A stretch of 64,000 bases of DNA from an uncultured Eubacteriales bacterium (GTDB lineage: Bacteria > Bacillota > Clostridia > Christensenellales > UBA1242), in assembly GCA_902496015.1 (NCBI GenBank), contig CABUZJ010000003.1, positions 18,402 through 82,401 of the forward strand. Direction: 5' to 3'. Both the position numbers and the translations under genes were made by a program. Position 1 is the first letter of the stretch, and each line of letters begins with the position of its first letter. The notes beneath the pieces are model-generated. The model was given only the letters and a program-made list of their open reading frames with translations. It did no database searches and had not been told where the DNA came from. Shown here piece after piece: positions 56,710 to 64,000 of the stretch.

Positions 56710-57486
56710 TTAAGCTACCCTTTTTGTTTTAGCAAATGCAATTATTTTAGTAATAGAGGTTATAAGTAACCAAGCAATTAAAATAAGGCAACCACCATAA
56801 CATAAAAATATTGACGAGCTAACTTCTGCACTTCCAATAGATTGTGAGATTGATGACTCCGTTAAAAGCCTAATTATAATAACAGAAAACGCTACAATTG
56901 AAATTCCAGTACTAATCAATTTAAAAATACTACTTACTTTTGAATATTTTCCTTTTGACCAACTACCAGACAATAATAGAATATTATCTACTATATCCCA
57001 AATAGCAACTAAAATTAATAAAACCAACATAAACACATAAAGCCCATCGGCATCAAAAAGATCATATAACGATGCAGTTTCTCTATAATTGTGAGTTTCA
57101 CCAAAAGATTCCATGCGCATATTTATTCCATAAAAATCAAAAATTGCAAAAATAAAGAAAGCAGCTGATAAAATTAATAGAAATATGCATGCTACTTTTG
57201 AACAAGTATATTTTTCGCGATTTAAAAGTTGTACATTGGCTTGCCCATATTGATTAGTTTTACCTTGCCTACCATTATATGATTGTTGCATCACAAAAAA
57301 ACTTGCTGGTTCAACACCATAAAATGAAGCTAGTTTTTTTAAAACTTCAAGTGTAGGATATTCAATGCCATATTCAAATTTCATATATTCGTCTTCTGTC
57401 ATGCTTAAAACACTTGCTAATTCTTTTGTGGAAATATTCCTTTGTCTTCTAAACGAAATCAAATTATTAGTCAAATTTTCATTCAT
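56710..57486 (-). CDS. Membrane-anchored XRE-family HTH regulator (N-terminal HTH plus four predicted TM segments)
   Basis: The HTH IS TKELASVLSMTEDEYMKFEYG is followed by four hydrophobic stretches. RBS AAGGAGGA. Confidence 0.75.
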   Translation of the reverse strand: MNENLTNNLISFRRQRNISTKELASVLSMTEDEYMKFEYGIEYPTLEVLKKLASFYGVEPASFFVMQQSYNGRQGKTNQYGQANVQLLNREKYTCSKVACIFLLILSAAFFIFAIFDFYGINMRMESFGETHNYRETASLYDLFDADGLYVFMLVLLILVAIWDIVDNILLLSGSWSKGKYSKVSSIFKLISTGISIVAFSVIIIRLLTESSISQSIGSAEVSSSIFLCYGGCLILIAWLLITSITKIIAFAKTKRVA

Positions 57487-57514
57487 TAGTCTTCCTCCTT
57501 ATAAAACTAATAAT

Positions 57515-57543
57515 AGTTTACAGCGGATTTTCCGCTATGTCAA
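57515..57543 (-). promoter_or_regulatory. Putative promoter of the XRE-TM/lipoprotein operon, with operator 1 inside the spacer
   Basis: Minus strand TTGACA-17 nt-TAAACT. The 17-nt spacer (57521-57537) contains the palindrome at 57522-57536. Confidence 0.5.
57522..57536. promoter_or_regulatory. Operator 1: perfect palindrome AGCGGA-TTT-TCCGCT
   Basis: Direct reading. A GC-rich 15-bp palindrome in an AT-rich divergent intergenic region. Confidence 0.6.
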
Positions 57544-57550
57544 ATAATTT

Positions 57551-57565
57551 AGCGGATTTTCCGCC
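57551..57565. promoter_or_regulatory. Operator 2: AGCGGA-TTT-TCCGCC (one mismatch)
   Basis: Near-identical copy 29 bp from operator 1, ending 11 nt before the ATG of the 66-aa XRE gene. Confidence 0.55.
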
Positions 57566-57576
57566 ATGATATTTAT

Positions 57577-57777
57577 ATGATTTTAATAAACTTTAAAAAT
57601 AACCTTAAAATGCTACGACTAGAAAATAGATTAACTCAAAAAGAACTTGGAGAAAAATTAGGTTTTTCAGCCAGAACAATTAGCGATTGGGAATGTGGTA
57701 ACACTGAACCTGATCTTTTGACTTTAAAAAAATTATGTGCATTATTCAATGTTAGTTATGAAGACATGTTAGATTAA
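57577..57777 (+). CDS. Small XRE/Cro-type HTH regulator (66 aa)
   Basis: The HTH LTQKELGEKLGFSARTISDWECG. No obvious SD, so the mRNA may be leaderless. Paralogous to the HTH of the divergent gene. Confidence 0.7.
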   Translation: MILINFKNNLKMLRLENRLTQKELGEKLGFSARTISDWECGNTEPDLLTLKKLCALFNVSYEDMLD

Positions 57778-57832
57778 AGTAACATTTTAAAATAGCCGTT
57801 TGCGTTAAAAAATTTTTAATTTGAATAGCAAC

Positions 57833-57864
57833 AAAAAAATACTAGCAAAAACTAGTATTTTTTA
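57833..57864. terminator. Bidirectional intrinsic terminator
   Basis: atactag(57839-57845)/ctagtat(57852-57858) flanked by an A-run and a T-run, between convergent genes. Confidence 0.7.
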
Positions 57865-57906
57865 TTAATCATACTTTAATTATAAATTAATTTACTTTAA
57901 ATACAA

Positions 57907-58248
57907 TTATTCAGCCTGACCATCTGCTTCGTCTAACAATTTATTATACTCTGCAAAGACTGCATCAATAACAGCATCGTCAAGTTCAATTTCAAACTTA
58001 TCTTCTCCACCTTCACCCTTAGTTACTTTAAACACAAGAGCTTCATCTTCTTCCATACCTTCTAAAAGTTCCACTGGTTGCAAAATAGCATAAAATTCGC
58101 CTTGGAATGCAATGCCTGCAACCTCAACAAAATCTACCTCTTCTCCTTCACTGCTCACAAGTGTCACTATATCATCATCATCATTTGCCATGTGGTCAAT
58201 AGATTCAGGTAATTGCCCATCTACTTTTAAATCTTTTTCGTTTGCCAT
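57907..58248 (-). CDS. DUF1292 / YrzB-family acidic protein
   Basis: The pattern IVTLVSSEGEEVDFVEV..FQGEFYAILQPV. Lies downstream of ruvX as in Bacillus. Start at ATG 58248 behind AAAGGAGA. Confidence 0.8.
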   Translation of the reverse strand: MANEKDLKVDGQLPESIDHMANDDDDIVTLVSSEGEEVDFVEVAGIAFQGEFYAILQPVELLEGMEEDEALVFKVTKGEGGEDKFEIELDDAVIDAVFAEYNKLLDEADGQAE

Positions 58249-58327
58249 AATTAAATCTCCTTTTAATTTTTTAATAAAATATGATTGCATAAAATTTTAT
58301 TTTATATTTTTAGCATTCACAAATTTA

Positions 58328-58747
58328 TTATACAGATTTTTTTGGTTTATCAAGATAATTTTGCAAAATAATTGTCGCCGCAACTGCATCTACTAAATCC
58401 TTGCGTTTTTCTCTTCTAACATTACCTTCAATCAGCATCCGTTGCGCTGAAACAGTTGAAAGCCTTTCATCTTGAAAAACAATAGGAATATTACAAATTT
58501 TTGAAAGTTCATTAGCAAATTCATCAACCATAGCAACACTTTGTCCAGAACTGCCATCTAATTTTAAAGGTTTGCCTATAACAATAGTATCGACTTCAAG
58601 TTTTTTTGCCAATTCTGAAATATAATAGATATCTGCTTTTAAGAATTTACGCTTATAAACTTCAAGGGCTGAAGCAATTATTCCAAGCATATCACTAGTG
58701 GCAATGCCAATTCGCACAGAACCAATGTCTAGCCCAAGTTTTTTCAT
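58328..58747 (-). CDS. ruvX: Holliday-junction-resolvase-like nuclease RuvX/YqgF
   Basis: LGLDIGSVRIGIATSD and DERLSTVSAQ. Start at ATG 58747 behind AGGAG. Confidence 0.88.
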   Translation of the reverse strand: MKKLGLDIGSVRIGIATSDMLGIIASALEVYKRKFLKADIYYISELAKKLEVDTIVIGKPLKLDGSSGQSVAMVDEFANELSKICNIPIVFQDERLSTVSAQRMLIEGNVRREKRKDLVDAVAATIILQNYLDKPKKSV

Positions 58748-58826
58748 ACACACTCCTATTAATTTAGTTTAGCATAAAAATAAAAGTTAGTCCACTAAAT
58801 GAACTAACTTTTTACAAAATAGAGAA

Positions 58827-59006
58827 CTATTTAATGCTCTTTTTTGCTTTTTGCATACTTTGTTTAATGTCATCAATTTTATCTTCAACCATATTTGTGC
58901 CCTTTTGAACATATTCTTGTATTTGCTTATTTTTTGTTACTAAAACTGCACCCACGGTTGCACCAACAAGCATTGAAACAAAACAACATTGCAAGAACTC
59001 TTTCAT
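58827..59006 (-). CDS. Small (59-aa) membrane-anchored helical protein (YtxH-like); below the ORF-track cutoff
   Basis: GGAGGGAATT-ATG, then MKEFLQCCFVSMLVGATVGAVLV followed by an amphipathic K/Q/D-rich helix, ending in TAG at 58827. Confidence 0.55.
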   Translation of the reverse strand: MKEFLQCCFVSMLVGATVGAVLVTKNKQIQEYVQKGTNMVEDKIDDIKQSMQKAKKSIK

Positions 59007-59171
59007 AATTCCCTCCTTATTTCTAAAAGGAATTAAGACACATCACTTTACAATAATTAGAGCATTTAACTCTGCTAACTGCACTTAATGCCTTTTAGTT
59101 ATATCTAGTTTCCCCACAATTCGACATTTTATGCATAATTAATTATCTATTTATTTTAAATCTATTTATAA

Positions 59172-59198
59172 TAAAAAAAGAGAGTTAATAAACTCTCT
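59172..59198 (-). terminator. Intrinsic terminator after the iscU-like gene (overlaps its stop codon)
   Basis: agagagtt(59179-59186)/aactctct(59191-59198), loop aata, with T7 on the minus strand. Confidence 0.75.
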
Positions 59199-60009
59199 AT
59201 TCTTTGTTCTCTTCATTTAATTTTTTAAGTGCATCGCTTAGTGTTGAAGTTAAGTTGTCTATTGAATTAAAAATTTGGTCTTCGTCGTCAATATCGTCAA
59301 TATCTTTTGTATAAACTTCAAGTGTTTTTGTTACAGTTCTTGAAGGTCCATTATTTGTTTTTTCATTAACAACAATTGCATTTTTATCATCTTCGTCTTT
59401 TGAAACAACTTCTTTTGCTTTTATTTCTGCAACCATTTTATCAACGCTGTCATCATTTACATCTTCTTCATCATCACTATCATCATCATCTTCAACTATT
59501 GCAGGTTTAACTTTAATTTTTAATGATTTTTTTTCTGTTTTTTCGCTTTTTTCTTTTTCGTCTTTTTGTTCTTCGTTATTCTGCTCTAATTCATCACTAT
59601 TAGTAATGTTTCCAACTTTAAACTTATCTGGAATATAACCAAGAGTTTTTTCAAAATAGTTGTTTATTGCTAAATGAATGGCTTCTTCAACAAGATTAAT
59701 TGCATAATTTTTATTTGCTGGAATGTTACCACCTAATTCACTTTTTATTTGACTGCTTGTTATTGTGTAAACTTCATCAAAGGTTTTCCCCATTATAAGT
59801 TTAGTTGCTAAACTAGATGCTGCAATTGCAACTGTGCTTCCATAAGTTTGAAACTTAACATCAACAATTGTATCATTCTCAACAGCAATGTAAATTTTAA
59901 TAATATCTCCGCATGTGCGGTCTTTCACTTTACCAACAGCATCTGCACCTTTAATTACGCCTACATTAGTTGGATTATAAAATTCTTCTAAAAGTCTTTC
60001 CGTATACAT
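59197..60009 (-). CDS. IscU/NifU-N-like protein with degenerate cluster ligands and an approximately 150-aa acidic C-terminal extension
   Basis: Colinear with IscU (NPTNVG, RTCGD, FQTYGSTVAIAASS, PANKNYAINLVEEA), but there is only one Cys in the whole protein. Confidence 0.75.
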   Translation of the reverse strand: MYTERLLEEFYNPTNVGVIKGADAVGKVKDRTCGDIIKIYIAVENDTIVDVKFQTYGSTVAIAASSLATKLIMGKTFDEVYTITSSQIKSELGGNIPANKNYAINLVEEAIHLAINNYFEKTLGYIPDKFKVGNITNSDELEQNNEEQKDEKEKSEKTEKKSLKIKVKPAIVEDDDDSDDEEDVNDDSVDKMVAEIKAKEVVSKDEDDKNAIVVNEKTNNGPSRTVTKTLEVYTKDIDDIDDEDQIFNSIDNLTSTLSDALKKLNEENKE

Positions 60010-60010
60010 A

Positions 60011-61198
60011 TTACAATTCCACCTTATTTTTATAAATTCTTATTGCAGAAATACTTCTAATTTTCTTTACGGCTTTATAAAGTGCATTAACAGCATAATC
60101 AATCTCTTCAGTTGTTGTGTTAACGCCAAATGTAAACCTTATTGAAGATTGAGCAATCTCTTGATCTAATCCCATTGCAATTAACACATGACTTGGTTCA
60201 AGGCTTCCAGATGCACAAGCAGAACCAGTTGAAACACTAACTCCAAACCTATCTAACATCATTAGAAGGGCTTCACCTTCTACACCTTCAAATGAAATAT
60301 TAACATTATTAAGTAATCTTTGAGTTGGGTGACCGTTTAAACTTATGTTATGAATTCTTTCGCTAACTTGCTTTAAGAAATATTTTCTTATGCTCTTTAA
60401 CTTCTTGTTATTTTCATCTAAATTTTCCGTTGCAATTTCAATTGCTTTACCTAAACCAACAGCAGCCGGAACATTGCTTGTGCCAGCACGCATATTTCTT
60501 TCTTGATGTCCACCGTCAATAAATTTTTCAATTTTAATGCCTTGCTTGACAAATAGAACACCAATTCCCTTAGGTCCATAAATTTTATGTGCTGAAAGGC
60601 TTAATGCTGAAATATTCATTTCGTGAACATTAAACGGAATTGCACCAATAGCTTGAACTGCATCTGTGTGGAAAGGTATGTTGTTCAATTTTGCAAGTTC
60701 TGCAATGGCTCTTATTGGTTCAATGGTTCCCACTTCGTTATTAGCACTCATTATTGAAATTAAAACCGTTTCAGGTTTTATGGCTTTAACAATTGCAGTG
60801 TAGTCTATAATACCTTTACTATCTACTGGAATATAAGTAACTTCAAAACCTTCTTTTTCAAGTGCTTTGCAAGATTCAAGTACAGATGGATGTTCAATAG
60901 CACTTGTTATAATATGATTGCCTTTATTTCTATTTGCCCTTGCTATTCCTTTTATTGCCCAGTTATTAGATTCGCTACCACCAGAAGTAAAATAAATTTC
61001 GTTAGCATTTGCTCCAATGGCCTTTGCAACTTTTTCTCTCGCCAAATTTAAGGCTTCATCTGCTTCTCTACCCTTTGCATATAAACTTGCTGCATTACCA
61101 TAAACATCATTTAGTGCCGTAAGCATTTCGCGATAAACCTCGCCACTAATTGGCGTTGTTGCAGCATAGTCTAGATAAACATTATTGATTTTTTCCAT
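60011..61198 (-). CDS. iscS: Cysteine desulfurase (IscS/NifS type)
   Basis: SGGSESNN, PLP-lysine motif SAHKIYGPKGIG, and catalytic loop STGSACASGS. Confidence 0.9.
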   Translation of the reverse strand: MEKINNVYLDYAATTPISGEVYREMLTALNDVYGNAASLYAKGREADEALNLAREKVAKAIGANANEIYFTSGGSESNNWAIKGIARANRNKGNHIITSAIEHPSVLESCKALEKEGFEVTYIPVDSKGIIDYTAIVKAIKPETVLISIMSANNEVGTIEPIRAIAELAKLNNIPFHTDAVQAIGAIPFNVHEMNISALSLSAHKIYGPKGIGVLFVKQGIKIEKFIDGGHQERNMRAGTSNVPAAVGLGKAIEIATENLDENNKKLKSIRKYFLKQVSERIHNISLNGHPTQRLLNNVNISFEGVEGEALLMMLDRFGVSVSTGSACASGSLEPSHVLIAMGLDQEIAQSSIRFTFGVNTTTEEIDYAVNALYKAVKKIRSISAIRIYKNKVEL

Positions 61199-61229
61199 AA
61201 TATTCTCCTAACCTTTAAAAATTAACTTT

Positions 61230-61258
61230 ATTTTAGCACACCTTAAATACAAAGTCAA
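61230..61258 (-). promoter_or_regulatory. Putative sigma-A promoter for the iscS operon (extended -10)
   Basis: Minus strand TTGACT-17 nt-TAAAAT, preceded by TGc. Confidence 0.5.
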
Positions 61259-61279
61259 TATTTGCATATAAATTATTAG

Positions 61280-61303
61280 TAAAAAAAGGGTTATATAACC
61301 CTT
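61280..61303 (-). terminator. Intrinsic terminator after trxA
   Basis: AGGGTT-ATAT-AACCCT (61287-61302), followed on the minus strand by T7. Overlaps the trxA stop codon. Confidence 0.7.
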
Positions 61304-61616
61304 AGTTTTGCGATTTTATGCGTCTTTTTAGTTCATCTTGTGTGCAAAAACCCAAAAATCTTGCAATTTCATTACCATTTTTATAAATCGCAATTGTTGG
61401 GATACTTTGTATATTTTGCATTCTTGCAATATTTTCACAGTCATCAATATTGCATTTTGCAAATATGTAATCGTCTTTCAATTCTTCTGCAACTTGCTCA
61501 AAGTTAGGTGCCATCATTCTACATGGTCCACACCAACTAGCCCAGAAGTCAACAACAACCATTTTATCTTTATTTGTAACAATTTCATTAAAATTTTTTT
61601 CTGTAATATGTTCCAT
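61302..61616 (-). CDS. trxA: Thioredoxin
   Basis: 104 aa with the active site WASWCGPC. Confidence 0.93.
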   Translation of the reverse strand: MEHITEKNFNEIVTNKDKMVVVDFWASWCGPCRMMAPNFEQVAEELKDDYIFAKCNIDDCENIARMQNIQSIPTIAIYKNGNEIARFLGFCTQDELKRRIKSQN

Positions 61617-61628
61617 AATATTTCTCCT

Positions 61629-62876
61629 CTATTTTATTAATTTGCTAATATTATTAATTTTATCAGTTTTAACTGCCCCAGTTTTCATATTCTTAAGCTG
61701 CACAGTAAAAGTATTTATTTCGTTATCTCCAATAACCACAATGTTTTTAGCTCCAATTTTATCTGCAAACTTCATTTGCGATTTAAGGCTTCTTCCACAT
61801 TGATCATAATCAACCTTAAAGTTTTTATTGCGAAGTAAATTAACTAACTGCATAACAAATGGTAACTTTTGCTTGTCAGTTGTTGCTACAAATAAATCAA
61901 GAGCATCTTCTTGTGGAATATCAATCTTATTCTTTTCTAACAAGATTAATATTCTTTCTTCACCTAAGCCAACACCTACACCACTTAAAGGTTTACCACC
62001 AAGTTCTTCAAGCAACCCATCATATCTTCCTCCACCACAAATTGTGCCAAGTGCTCCCTCTTCTGTGGTCATAAATTCAAAAACTGTTTTAGTATAATAA
62101 TCTAACCCACGAACTAATATTGGATTAATTTTATAAGGTATTTTTGACGCTTCTAATAATAACTTAACCTCATCAAAATGCTTTTTGCAATCTTCACACA
62201 AATAATCTTTTGGTTTAGGTGCGTTTTCTTTAATTGCTGTGCAAGAACTTTCTTTGCAATCTAATAATCTTAATGGATTTTGCTGAAATCTGCGTTTACA
62301 ATCTTCACATAAATTATTAACAAAAGGTGTATAATACTCTTTTAATTTTTCAATATATGTTTTTCTGCATTTAGCACAACCTATTGAATTAATGTTTAAT
62401 TCATAATTAGTAAAATTTAATTGATTAAATATTTCACTAACCAGCCCCATAACCTCAACATCTAAACTTGCTTCATTGCTACCATAAGCCTCGATTGAAA
62501 ACTGATGATGCTCTCTAAGCCTTCCAGACTGTGGTTTTTCATATCTAAAACAAGGGACATAGCTAAATAATTTTAATGGCATAGCCTCATTATCTAACCC
62601 ATTTTCTATAACCGCCCTTGCAATAGATGCAGTGCCTTCTGGCTTTAAAGTCAAACTTCTATCTGCTTTATCTTTAAAGGTATACATCTCTTTGTTTACA
62701 ATATCGCTACTTTCACCCACACCACGAACAAATAACTCTGTGTGTTCAAAAACTGGGGTTCTAATTTCTTTAAAGTTATATTTAGCAAACACTTTTCTTG
62801 CAGTTTGTTCAAAATAATTATATTTTGCTATTTCGTTTGGCAACACATCTTTTGTGCCTTTTGGTCTATTAATCAT
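61629..62876 (-). CDS. hisS: Histidine--tRNA ligase
   Basis: Class II motifs (PKGTKD, YVPCFRYEKPQSGRLREHHQF, GGGRYDGL) and the C-terminal anticodon-binding domain. Confidence 0.93.
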   Translation of the reverse strand: MINRPKGTKDVLPNEIAKYNYFEQTARKVFAKYNFKEIRTPVFEHTELFVRGVGESSDIVNKEMYTFKDKADRSLTLKPEGTASIARAVIENGLDNEAMPLKLFSYVPCFRYEKPQSGRLREHHQFSIEAYGSNEASLDVEVMGLVSEIFNQLNFTNYELNINSIGCAKCRKTYIEKLKEYYTPFVNNLCEDCKRRFQQNPLRLLDCKESSCTAIKENAPKPKDYLCEDCKKHFDEVKLLLEASKIPYKINPILVRGLDYYTKTVFEFMTTEEGALGTICGGGRYDGLLEELGGKPLSGVGVGLGEERILILLEKNKIDIPQEDALDLFVATTDKQKLPFVMQLVNLLRNKNFKVDYDQCGRSLKSQMKFADKIGAKNIVVIGDNEINTFTVQLKNMKTGAVKTDKINNISKLIK

Positions 62877-62898
62877 ATTTTTCTCCTTAATAGAAAAC

Positions 62899-64000
62899 TT
62901 AATCTATGCTGTAAAAACCAATCTTTGGTTTTGTTTTATTTTTAATTTCATCAAGAACTGGCTTTAAATGTTCAATAACATATTTTCTATCAATTTCAAT
63001 TTCAATAATTGGGTGATCGCCCGAAGCATTAAATGAAATATCTTCAACAAGTGCTTCCATTATAGTGTGAAGTCTTCTTGCACCAATGTTTTCAACATTT
63101 TTATTTTCAAACACTGCTGTGTTTGCAATTTCATCTATTGCATCTGGTTTAAAAATTAAGTTAATATTATCTACTGCAAGCAATGCACAATATTGTTTAA
63201 TAAGTGAATTTTCGGTATCAGTTAGAATTTTAATAAAATCTTCTTTTTCAAGGCTTGAAAGTTCAACTATTACAGGAAATCTTCCTTGCAGTTCTGGAAT
63301 TAAATCTTTAACGCTTGAAATATGAAATGCACCCGCTGCAATAAACAAAATGTAATCTGTTTTAATAGAGCCATATTTAGTGCTAACAGTGGAGCCTTCA
63401 ACTATTGGCAAAATATCTCTTTGCACCCCTTCTCTACTAACATCAGCACCCGAACTATTGCCTTTTCCAGCCACTTTATCTATTTCATCAATGAAAATAA
63501 TACCATCTTGTTCTGCTCGCCTTAATGCTTCGGTGTTCACACTATCATTATCAATTAGCCTATCACTTTCTTCATCTATAAAACTCTTTCTAGCATCTGC
63601 CACAGTTAATCTTTTTCGTTTTTTTCGTTTTGGCAAGATGTTACCTAACATATCACCAATGTTAATTTCCATGCCAGCCATGCCAGGCATAAGTGGCATT
63701 GCTTTTGGCTCATCTAAAATTTCAACTTCAATAAACTCTTTATCAAGTTTTCCGCTTTCAATTTCAGCATGGATTCTTTGTTTTAGCACTTCATCTGGTA
63801 TGTCGGCATTATTGGCTTTTCTTGCAGGAAGTATTGCATTTGCAATTCTTTCATTTGCAATAGCAATTGCTTTATTTTTTACTTCTGCAAATTTTTCTTT
63901 TTTAACAAGTCTAACACTTGCTTCAACAAGGTCACGAACCATAGATTCAACATCTCTGCCCACATAACCAACTTCAGTAAATTTAGTTGCCTCAACTTTA
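62899..64000 (-). CDS. hslU: ATP-dependent protease ATPase subunit HslU; N-terminus lies outside the window
   Basis: The frame stays open to the window edge (..KVEATKFTEVGYVGRDVESMVRDL). Walker B IIFIDEIDK and C-terminal GARRLHTIME. The listed start is an internal GTG. Confidence 0.92.
   Translation of the reverse strand, partial: KVEATKFTEVGYVGRDVESMVRDLVEASVRLVKKEKFAEVKNKAIAIANERIANAILPARKANNADIPDEVLKQRIHAEIESGKLDKEFIEVEILDEPKAMPLMPGMAGMEINIGDMLGNILPKRKKRKRLTVADARKSFIDEESDRLIDNDSVNTEALRRAEQDGIIFIDEIDKVAGKGNSSGADVSREGVQRDILPIVEGSTVSTKYGSIKTDYILFIAAGAFHISSVKDLIPELQGRFPVIVELSSLEKEDFIKILTDTENSLIKQYCALLAVDNINLIFKPDAIDEIANTAVFENKNVENIGARRLHTIMEALVEDISFNASGDHPIIEIEIDRKYVIEHLKPVLDEIKNKTKPKIGFYSID

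Overview
All calls here were made by eye from motifs, synteny and hand-folded hairpins; no searches or computations were run. This is a very AT-rich chromosomal segment from an endospore-forming Bacillota (Clostridia-like) organism. It is almost entirely core genome, and nearly all genes lie on the minus strand.

**Sporulation genes**
- yunB, spoVAC/AD/AE, spoIIAA-spoIIAB-sigF, and two DD-carboxypeptidases.
- ytfI/ytfJ, spoIIM, spo0A, spoIVB, and the complete spoIIIAA-AH operon.

**Housekeeping genes**
- A PBP1A-type gene, thiI plus nifS, metK behind a SAM-I riboswitch, and scpAB.
- recN, xseAB, nusB, efp, and the rimP-nusA-ylxR-ylxQ-infB-rbfA-nrnA-truB block.
- rseP, cdsA, uppS, frr, tsf, rpsB, ruvX, iscS with an iscU-like gene, trxA, hisS, and hslU (cut by the window end).

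**RNA genes**
- Eight tRNAs: a six-gene minus-strand cluster and two plus-strand singletons.

**What is absent**
- I see no CRISPR array, transposase, integrase or prophage.
- I cannot defend a complete novel multi-gene system.

**Observations most worth a second look**
1. The polC position holds a 532-aa protein with a PolC-like N-terminus, OB fold and exonuclease, but no polymerase core.
2. Spo0A lacks the acidic DD pair of its receiver domain, and a palindrome array sits just upstream of its promoter.
3. The IscU-like protein keeps one of three cluster-ligand cysteines and carries a long acidic tail.
4. SpoIIIAF is only 54 aa.
5. A three-gene island holds two paralogous XRE regulators (one membrane-anchored, followed by a lipoprotein gene) sharing two GC-rich operators.
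6. Two tRNAs have C at T-loop position 55.
7. An Asn/Tyr/Gly-rich lipoprotein gene is wedged between the spoIIA and spoVA operons.

Low-complexity K/N/D/E extensions recur on otherwise conserved proteins: ScpB, S2, the IscU-like protein, TspO and the IF-2 N-terminus.
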